Source of the DNA: Acidobacteriota bacterium
GTDB lineage: Bacteria > Acidobacteriota > Thermoanaerobaculia > Multivoradales > UBA5704
Reading direction: 5' to 3'
Length of the DNA stretch: 54,403 bases
Assembly (NCBI GenBank): GCA_040005235.1
Contig: JBDTZG010000036.1
Span: 1 to 54,403, forward strand
The translations under genes and the position numbers were made by a program. Shown one piece after another: positions 47,715-54,403 of the stretch; within the stretch, counting starts at the first letter, position 1, and every line of letters begins with the position of its first letter. The notes beneath the pieces are model-generated. The model was not told where the DNA came from, did no database searches, and saw only the letters and a list, made by a program, of their open reading frames with translations.

Positions 47715-49493
47715 ATGATCGATCTCACCCAAGTTCCGCCCGAGCTGTTCACTGTGGCGCTGGAGAGCAATCTTCGGCGATTTGCCGCGGACTACAAGCT
47801 TTCGGGGCATTTCGTCGAGGCGGCGCGGGTCCGCCTTGAGGCGGACTGCGCCTGGCTGATTCCGGACCTGGATGCGATCGACGAGGAGAATTGGCGGCCG
47901 ATCGTGCGCGGCGGGTCGGGGACTCGGGGTGCGCGGGATTGCGAGCCCGGGCTGTTCGATCTCGATCTGGCGAAGGATTTCCTCGCCAAGCGCCGGCCGA
48001 AGATCCCGCCGACCACGATTCTCGCCCGGGTGATCCGTTTCGGGCGCCAGGTGGGCCTCCTCGGGGCCGTACGGCGGGACCGGCCGTTCGAACCGGCCGA
48101 CCGGCGCACGCTCGACCGGTTGGCCGGGGTTCTGGCGATCGAGCTGGGGCGGCGCGAGAAGAAGCGGCTGTACAAGGTGCTCGACCGGATCAAGGAAAAG
48201 GTCGTGGCCGAGCTGCGGCCGCGCGACCTCGCGTACCAGATTCTCGATGGGCTGGAGCAGTTGGTGGCCTACGATCACTCCTCGGCGTTCCTCACTTGGG
48301 ACGTTTCAACCGGAGTACTCCGGGTCGAGGCCGAAAAAATCGCCTGGACCAAGGCGAAAAGCGCCGCGGTCGGGCGCGAGATCCCGGTCAGTCCCGAGGT
48401 GATCGAAATCCTTCAGAGCGGCCTTCACCTGTCGAACGAGGGGCCGGGCGGCCCTTCCGCGCACGACGCCGTGCGGCGCCTGCTCGACGATGGACCCTCT
48501 CCGGGCATTCCGCCGATCCGGAGTCTGCTGGTGGCGCCGCTTTTCTTCGACGATCGATTCCTGGGCGTGCTCGAAGTCGCGGCCTGGAAGCGCCGCGCAT
48601 TCGATGCCTGGGACGCCGAGGTGGTCGAGCGTTTCCTGCCGGTGGCCGAGGTCGCGATCCGCAACGCCCAATGGAACCAGACGCTCGAAAACCAGGCGGC
48701 GCAGGCGGAGGTGAAGGCCAGCCTGGTCACCCTCGCCCGGGTGGTCGCCCATGACGTCAACAACGCCGTGGGCGCGATTCTGCCGCTCGCCCAGCAGATG
48801 CAGGACGATCTGCGGCTCGGCGATTTCCTTCGCGAGGAGGCGGAGGAGGATCTCGCGGTGATCGTCGACCGCGCCCAGTTCTGCAAACGGATCTTTGCCA
48901 ACATGCTGCGCGCCGGCAGCACCGGCCGGCTCGGCGAAGGGCCGGTCGATCTGAACCGTTCCGTGCGCGAGACGGTTTCGTTCTTCGAAGCCGCCGCCGT
49001 CCGCTCTGGAGTCGACCTGTCGCTCGCGCTCGATCCGGAGATGCCGGTGGTCCTGTTTTCGCGCCAGGATTTGGAGCACGTGCTGCTGAACCTGGTCACC
49101 AACTCGCTCGAAGCGTTGCGCGCTTCGGGAAAATGCATCAAGGTCCAAACCGGCCGCACGGAATCCGGCCTCGCGTTCTTGCGCGTGACGGATGACGGCC
49201 CCGGCATTCCGCGCCATCTGCGCGACAAGGTGCTCGAACCGTTCTTCTCGACCAAAGAGGGGGGCCACGGGCTCGGCCTCGCGCTCTGTCGGTCGCTCAC
49301 CTGGCAGAACTGCGGCGGCTTCGAGATCGAGAGCGAAGCGGGTGCGGGAACGACCGTGACGGTCGAGATGAAACTGTTCACCCCGTCCGAAGCGACACCC
49401 GGCCCGACGCCCGAGCCTGCGCCGCCGGAAGCCGCGCCCTCGGAACCGGTGGAATTGGGCTCGGGCCGGTTGGAGATCCCGAATGTCTCTTGA
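47715..49493 (+). CDS. Cytoplasmic GAF-domain sensor histidine kinase
   Basis: GAF (SLLVAPL..DDRFLGVLEV); H-box VAHDVNN; N-box NLVTNS; DDGPGI, PFFSTK and GHGLGL; no TM segments. Confidence 0.88.
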   Translation: MIDLTQVPPELFTVALESNLRRFAADYKLSGHFVEAARVRLEADCAWLIPDLDAIDEENWRPIVRGGSGTRGARDCEPGLFDLDLAKDFLAKRRPKIPPTTILARVIRFGRQVGLLGAVRRDRPFEPADRRTLDRLAGVLAIELGRREKKRLYKVLDRIKEKVVAELRPRDLAYQILDGLEQLVAYDHSSAFLTWDVSTGVLRVEAEKIAWTKAKSAAVGREIPVSPEVIEILQSGLHLSNEGPGGPSAHDAVRRLLDDGPSPGIPPIRSLLVAPLFFDDRFLGVLEVAAWKRRAFDAWDAEVVERFLPVAEVAIRNAQWNQTLENQAAQAEVKASLVTLARVVAHDVNNAVGAILPLAQQMQDDLRLGDFLREEAEEDLAVIVDRAQFCKRIFANMLRAGSTGRLGEGPVDLNRSVRETVSFFEAAAVRSGVDLSLALDPEMPVVLFSRQDLEHVLLNLVTNSLEALRASGKCIKVQTGRTESGLAFLRVTDDGPGIPRHLRDKVLEPFFSTKEGGHGLGLALCRSLTWQNCGGFEIESEAGAGTTVTVEMKLFTPSEATPGPTPEPAPPEAAPSEPVELGSGRLEIPNVS

Positions 49494-50610
49494 GCGGAAG
49501 ATCCTGGTCGTCGACGACGATCCGGCGATCCGCCGCGTGATGGGCCGCCTGCTTAAAGGTCATCGAGTAGTTCCGGCCGCAAACGCCTGCGAAGGGCTGG
49601 CCGCCGCGCGCGCCGAGCGCTTCGACCTGGCGCTCGTCGACGTCCAGCTGGGCCAGGCGGAAGGGGACGGTTACGCGCTCTGCCGCTCGCTCCGCGTTGA
49701 GAATCCCCACACGGAAGTGATCCTGATCACCGGTTCGGTCTCGCACGCCGACGAGAAGCTCTACCGCTCGCTGGTCGAGGACGCGTTCTATTTTCTCTGG
49801 AAACCGTTCGACCGCCGCGTGCTGCTCGCCCTGGTCGAGCGTTGCCTGCGCCTCCAAACCGAGCGCGAAGCGAAAGAGAGCTACGCCCGGCGCCTGGACG
49901 AGGACTTCGAACGCGCCAAGCTGTTCCAGCTGAGCCTCCTGCCGCGCGATCCGGTGACCCACGCCGGTTGGAAGATCGCGGGGCTGCTGGAGAGCTGCGA
50001 TGCGCTGGGGGGCGATCATTTCCACACTCAGACCTGGGGTGAGGACACGGTCGATTTCGCGATCTCGGACGTCGTCGGCCACGGCGTTTCGGCCGCCATG
50101 TACGCGGGGATGCTGCGCTCGACCCTGGACGCCGCGCGGCGTCGTTCGACGGACCCGGAGCGCGTCGTGCGCTGGCTGTTCGACGGGGTCGATTTCTTCG
50201 ACGGCCGAAAGTTTGCGACCCTGGTCTACGGCCAGCTTGCGCCGGAGGGTCGGCTGCGCTATTTCAACGCGGCCCACCCGCCGCCGCTGCTGCTCGGCCG
50301 GAATGGAATCACCAGCCTCGAACCGACCGGCAGCCTGGTCTGCACGCCGTTCCGGATGAAGCCGCCGACGATCGCCGAGGTCACCCTGGAGCCCGGCGAT
50401 CGCCTTCTCGCCTACACCGATGGTGCGTTCGAGGCGCGCAATGAGGCGGACGAAGAGCTCGGCCGCGAAAGGCTTGCCGAGGTGTTCGAAGCGACTCGCG
50501 GCCTGGCTCTGTCCGAGGCGCTCGACGGCCTGCTTTCCGAGGTGAAAACATTCGCCGGGCGACGGCCGCTCGGGGACGATGTGACGTTGCTGCTGATCGA
50601 ACGGGAGTAG
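49483..50610 (+). CDS. Response regulator receiver fused to a PP2C/SpoIIE phosphatase
   Basis: ILVVDDD...LVD...ITG...KPF receiver; GGD, DVVGHG, NAAHP, YTDG and DDVT phosphatase motifs. Confidence 0.9.
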   Translation: MSLERKILVVDDDPAIRRVMGRLLKGHRVVPAANACEGLAAARAERFDLALVDVQLGQAEGDGYALCRSLRVENPHTEVILITGSVSHADEKLYRSLVEDAFYFLWKPFDRRVLLALVERCLRLQTEREAKESYARRLDEDFERAKLFQLSLLPRDPVTHAGWKIAGLLESCDALGGDHFHTQTWGEDTVDFAISDVVGHGVSAAMYAGMLRSTLDAARRRSTDPERVVRWLFDGVDFFDGRKFATLVYGQLAPEGRLRYFNAAHPPPLLLGRNGITSLEPTGSLVCTPFRMKPPTIAEVTLEPGDRLLAYTDGAFEARNEADEELGRERLAEVFEATRGLALSEALDGLLSEVKTFAGRRPLGDDVTLLLIERE

Positions 50611-50633
50611 GGGCGGTGTAGGATCGCCGCACT

Positions 50634-52112
50634 TTGCCTCGCTTCTCTTGGACCCCGGGCCGTGTCGTCGGCTTCGTCGCCGGCCTCGTCGCGTTCGGCC
50701 TGTTCGTCTCTCTCGATTCCCCCCTGCGCCACGATCCGCAATTCGGCACCCGGCCGGCGATCGCCGCGGGCGTTGCGGCTCTCATGGCGATCTGGTGGCT
50801 GACCGAGGCGCTGCCGATCTACGTTACGGCGTGCGTGCCGCTGCTCGCCTATCCGCTGCTTCGGCCGTTCGGCCCTACGGTCTTCGAAAATGTCCGCGCG
50901 ACGATCGGTTCCTACATCGATCCCTACATCTTCCTGTTCGCGGGCGGAATGGCGATCGCGGCGGCCATGCAGCGGTGGGATCTGCATCGCCGGATCGCGC
51001 TCAACATCATGGCCGCGATCGGCACCGATCCGAAGCGCCTGCTGGCGGGATTCCTCTGCGCCACGGCGTTCATCTCGCTCTGGATCTCGAACACCGCGAC
51101 CGCCACGATGATGGTGCCGATCGGCATCGCCGTGCTCGCCCAGATCGAGATGCAGCGTGGGGGCGAGCGGCTCAAGCACTACGGCATGGCGATCATGCTG
51201 GCGATCGCCTACGGCTCAAACGTCGGCGGCATCGGCACCAAAATCGGCACCGCGCCGAACGCCCAGTTCGCGGGGTTTGCCGAACGTTTCGGCATCCAGG
51301 TCTCGTTCCTCCAGTTCATGGCGGTCGGGTTGCCGTTCGTAGTCATGTTTCTCCCGGTCGTCTGGTGGATGCTCTGGCGAATCGGCCGCGGAGACGAGAT
51401 GACCGAAACCATGGGCGCCACCGCGGTCGCCGACGAGATCGGCAAGCTCGGCCGCATCCGCCGCGAGGAGCGGATCGTCCTCGGCGTTTTCGGCGTCACC
51501 GCCGCTCTGTGGATCGGCGGCAAGATCCTGACCGAACTCTTGAAGCCTCGGGTCACGGCGTTCACCCTCACCTCGGCGCACGTCGAAGGGGGGATCGCAG
51601 TGCTCGCCGCCCTCACCCTCCTCCTCTGGCGTAGCCGCGGCCATGCCGTGCTCAACTTCCAGGCGCTCAAAAAGGTGCCGTGGGAGACCCTGCTGCTCCT
51701 GGGCGGCGGCTTCGCGATGGCCTCGGCGATCCAAGGAAGCGGCCTTTCGAGCCAGGTGGGCGCCCAGCTCTTGGGGCTCCGGAGCTTCCCGCCGTTCGTC
51801 CAGATCCTCCTCGCGAGCGTCGTCACCGTGGCGCTCTCCGCCGTCGCTTCGAACACCGCGACGATCGCGGTCATGCTCGTCGTCCTTCAACAGGCGGTCG
51901 CGGCCAACAACCTCCCGACGGTGCTTTTTGCCGCCACCATCGCCGCCTCTTGCGATTTCGCCCTCCCGGCCGGAACGCCGCCCAACGCGATCGTCTTCGG
52001 TAGCGGCTACGTCACGATCCCCAGGATGGCGAAAACCGGAGTCGTCCTCGATTTGCTCGCCGCGTTGCTCGCGGCCGGGTGGTGCTGGCTGGTGGTGGAG
52101 AAGGTGCTTTAG
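50634..52112 (+). CDS. DASS/SLC13 family anion:sodium symporter
   Basis: WWLTEALP, SLWISNTAT, IGTAPN, PWETLLLLGGG, SNTAT and PAGTPPNAIVF motifs. Confidence 0.92.
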   Translation: MPRFSWTPGRVVGFVAGLVAFGLFVSLDSPLRHDPQFGTRPAIAAGVAALMAIWWLTEALPIYVTACVPLLAYPLLRPFGPTVFENVRATIGSYIDPYIFLFAGGMAIAAAMQRWDLHRRIALNIMAAIGTDPKRLLAGFLCATAFISLWISNTATATMMVPIGIAVLAQIEMQRGGERLKHYGMAIMLAIAYGSNVGGIGTKIGTAPNAQFAGFAERFGIQVSFLQFMAVGLPFVVMFLPVVWWMLWRIGRGDEMTETMGATAVADEIGKLGRIRREERIVLGVFGVTAALWIGGKILTELLKPRVTAFTLTSAHVEGGIAVLAALTLLLWRSRGHAVLNFQALKKVPWETLLLLGGGFAMASAIQGSGLSSQVGAQLLGLRSFPPFVQILLASVVTVALSAVASNTATIAVMLVVLQQAVAANNLPTVLFAATIAASCDFALPAGTPPNAIVFGSGYVTIPRMAKTGVVLDLLAALLAAGWCWLVVEKVL

Positions 52113-53686
52113 GCCCCTTCGCCAGAAATTCGCTTCCGTGGCGGTCGAGGCGGCGGCACGGGTGCACCGTCGATCCGCCGATAGATCGCAAGATACCGCC
52201 CGGTTTCTCCAGGAAGATTCGAAGTGAAACGCGCCACCTCTCTGTAGGCTTTGGGGAACCAAGGACGATCGACGATCGGTCGCGTACCGCCGCGGGCGTT
52301 GTAGGTGTGGAAGATTACGAACGTCGTGGGCTTCGCGAGGAAAGCGCCGAGGCGATCCTGGGCGTAGGGGAGCGAACGGGGAGTGACGAGGCCCACGAGA
52401 TCCTGGACCGGCCGGTCGCTGGTGAAGGCGAGAATACCGATCTCCTCGTAAGCGATGTCTTCGTCCGGGATCGAGTGGGTGGCGATCCAGGCGCCCGCTT
52501 GGGAGTAGGCCGGGAAGCGCCAGTCGCCCGCGCCGGGGTTCTGGATGGCGCGGAAGCCGCCGACGATCGAACCGATCAAGGGGCAAGCAAGAAGGACGAG
52601 CACCGCGAAACGCAGCCCGGCCCACGGGATGCGCCGCACCGCCGCGCCGATTGCGAAAGGCGCGGCGGCGAGCAACGCGATCAGCGGCGGCGCCGCGTAC
52701 CAGACGAAGAACGGCACGCCGAGCAACGGATAGATCGCGGAGAGCGTCAAGCCATAAAGGGCGAGCAGCAACCCCGGCCGGCCGGCGTTTCGCGCCAAAA
52801 ACCACAATCCCACCAGCCCCAGCCCCACGATCCCGAGCGCGAGCGGCCCTGCGGAAGCGGCCAATAGCTCGAAACCGCGGTTCCAGAACGCGAGCCCGCT
52901 CTGCCATCGTTCCGGATCGAGCGCCGCGTACGCCTGCTTGGCCGCCAAGGTGTTGGGAATCAAGGTACCAAACCAGGATCGGGCGGCGAAAGCGCCAAGC
53001 GCCACGACCCCCGCCGCCGCCAAGCCATAGACCCAAGGTGGCGCCCGCCTCTCGCTCTTTCCGTCCTTGGTGTCCTTGCCGTCTTTTAGGTCTGCTACCG
53101 AATCCTTCCCCAACCACCCCATCAACCCCAAAATCGCCACCCCCACCAATGCATCCGGCCGGCAGATCACGGCAAGCCCGGCCATCGCCCCAGCCCGCGC
53201 CGGGTACTTCGCCTGCCAGCTCGCCGCGAGGAGTAGCAGGGCCAACGCCACCGGCGGTCCGGACCCTTGTGCTGCCCAGAGCACGCTCGACGTGGCGATC
53301 AGAATTCCCGCCGCGATCGCCTCGGGCCGGCGCCCGTGCCCCCTCGCCTCCGCGACCAGCAGGCCGACGATCAAGGCGATCGAAAGCGCATGGAGCCACG
53401 TGCCGAGAACGGGAATCGAGAGGCCCGTCGCGCGATGGGCGCCGGCCAGGAGGATCGCCACGCCGGGATCGGTGATGCCGAAGACCCTCTCGCCCGGGTT
53501 GAAGACCAACCCCCGCCCGGCCGCCAGGTTTTGAGCGTAGCGATAGGTGATGTACATGTCGTCGGTCGCCCGGCCCGCCAGGCGGACGGCGAAGCCGGCG
53601 AGCAGCGCGAAAGGCACCAGGCCAAGCAGGAACGAGCCGGCGATCCTCCCTGGGCGGGCGCGCTGAATTCTGATCGACGCGGGCAC
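52109..53686 (-). CDS. GT-C-type integral membrane glycosyltransferase-like protein (related to 1-1496)
   Basis: TDDMYITYRYAQNLAAGRGLVFNPGERVFG, CRPD, IPNTLAAK and EIGIL...DLVGLV; multiple TM segments. Confidence 0.75.
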   Translation of the reverse strand: MPASIRIQRARPGRIAGSFLLGLVPFALLAGFAVRLAGRATDDMYITYRYAQNLAAGRGLVFNPGERVFGITDPGVAILLAGAHRATGLSIPVLGTWLHALSIALIVGLLVAEARGHGRRPEAIAAGILIATSSVLWAAQGSGPPVALALLLLAASWQAKYPARAGAMAGLAVICRPDALVGVAILGLMGWLGKDSVADLKDGKDTKDGKSERRAPPWVYGLAAAGVVALGAFAARSWFGTLIPNTLAAKQAYAALDPERWQSGLAFWNRGFELLAASAGPLALGIVGLGLVGLWFLARNAGRPGLLLALYGLTLSAIYPLLGVPFFVWYAAPPLIALLAAAPFAIGAAVRRIPWAGLRFAVLVLLACPLIGSIVGGFRAIQNPGAGDWRFPAYSQAGAWIATHSIPDEDIAYEEIGILAFTSDRPVQDLVGLVTPRSLPYAQDRLGAFLAKPTTFVIFHTYNARGGTRPIVDRPWFPKAYREVARFTSNLPGETGRYLAIYRRIDGAPVPPPRPPRKRISGEGA

Positions 53687-53786
53687 GGTAGGATTATGGG
53701 CGACGAACGAGCCAATCGCCGCAGGATTCAGCTGCCGTTTGGGTTTCAGGCTGCGAACGGCACCCTAACTTTCGAGGAGAACGCAC

Positions 53787-54197
53787 ATGAGCCCTAGAAA
53801 TCGTCGCTTCGCCGCTCTCGGCCTGCTGGTTTTGGGTCTCGTGGCCGTGGCGCTTCCCGCCACCGCCGCCTACCGCAATCGTTGGATCCTTCTGGGCGAG
53901 AGGTCGGTCACGGACAAACTGGATCACGACACGATCGTCGTCACCGCCGTCCGCGGCCGGTTCGAGAAGATCGCGCTGCGTGTCTTCGGCCGGGCGGTTC
54001 AGTTCCACGACGTGAAGGTCCACTACGGCGACGGCTTCGTTCAGGACGTCGAAATCCGCGCCGTCATCGCCGCCGACGGCTGGTCGCGCCTCATAGACCT
54101 CTCCGGCGGCCGCCGCGTGATCCACTCGATCGAGTTCTGGTACGACGCCCAATCTCTCGGCGGCGAAGCGACCGTCCGCGTTTTCGGCCAACGCTGA
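53787..54197 (+). CDS. Exported DUF2541 (YaaI)-like protein
   Basis: RBS GAGGAG; signal peptide; WILLGERSV...DHDTI...VKVHYGDG...SRLIDL.GG.RVI.SIEFWY. Confidence 0.7.
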   Translation: MSPRNRRFAALGLLVLGLVAVALPATAAYRNRWILLGERSVTDKLDHDTIVVTAVRGRFEKIALRVFGRAVQFHDVKVHYGDGFVQDVEIRAVIAADGWSRLIDLSGGRRVIHSIEFWYDAQSLGGEATVRVFGQR

Positions 54198-54215
54198 TCG
54201 TCGCGCGGGCCGGCT

Positions 54216-54403
54216 CACAACCGATCTGGCCCGGATCACTACTGATCTGGCCTAGATCACCACTGAGCTGGCCCAGACCACCACTGAGCTGGCTCCGATC
54301 ACCACTGAGCTGGCCCAGACCACCACTGATCTGGCCCAGACCACCACTGATCTGGCCCAGATCACCACTGAGCTGCCCCAGACCACCACTGATCTGGCCC
54401 AGA
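54216..54403. repeat. 21-bp tandem repeat, at least 9 copies, running off the window end
   Basis: Consensus CACCACTGA(G/T)CTGGCCCAGA(C/T); no spacers between units. Confidence 0.95.

Noticed and set aside
54216-54403. CRISPR array
   Set aside because: Head-to-tail repeats with no unique spacers.

Overview
High-GC (~65-70% by eye) Gram-negative chromosomal segment. Gene content and style suggest Acidobacteriota, probably Thermoanaerobaculia (inference). In order: a minus-strand lipid A operon (waaA-lpxK-lpxL plus a GT-C-type membrane glycosyltransferase); a ~14.7-kb plus-strand run with an ECF sigma factor, a zinc anti-sigma factor and a stand-alone Secretin_N protein ahead of a non-canonical T2SS/type IV filament cluster (PilC, PilB/GspE, PilMNOP-like, TPR-secretin-cohesin liposecretin, three pilin-like proteins), then dut and a phosphodiesterase lipoprotein; a CopG-MazF toxin-antitoxin pair; a 7-gene 2-aminobenzoyl-CoA (abm-type) catabolic operon; an accessory patch (Cys-rich S8 protease, palindromic 21-bp repeat array, frameshifted orphan antitoxin, orphan Cys/Thr-rich lanthipeptide-like precursor); topoisomerase IB with a sigma54-type promoter; Uup; a UDG-family protein; a cobalamin riboswitch with btuBFDC; an FAH-family protein; a DUF433/PIN pair; a tandem secretin-N0-like protein; an OPT transporter; a nucleotidyltransferase/small-protein pair; a GAF kinase, REC-PP2C and DASS transporter; a second GT-C protein; a DUF2541-like protein; and a terminal 21-bp tandem repeat. 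The best candidates for novelty are the ECF/anti-sigma/Secretin_N module coupled to the atypical secretion cluster, the orphan RiPP precursor, and the palindromic 21-bp array. All calls come from motif recognition by eye; no searches were run.
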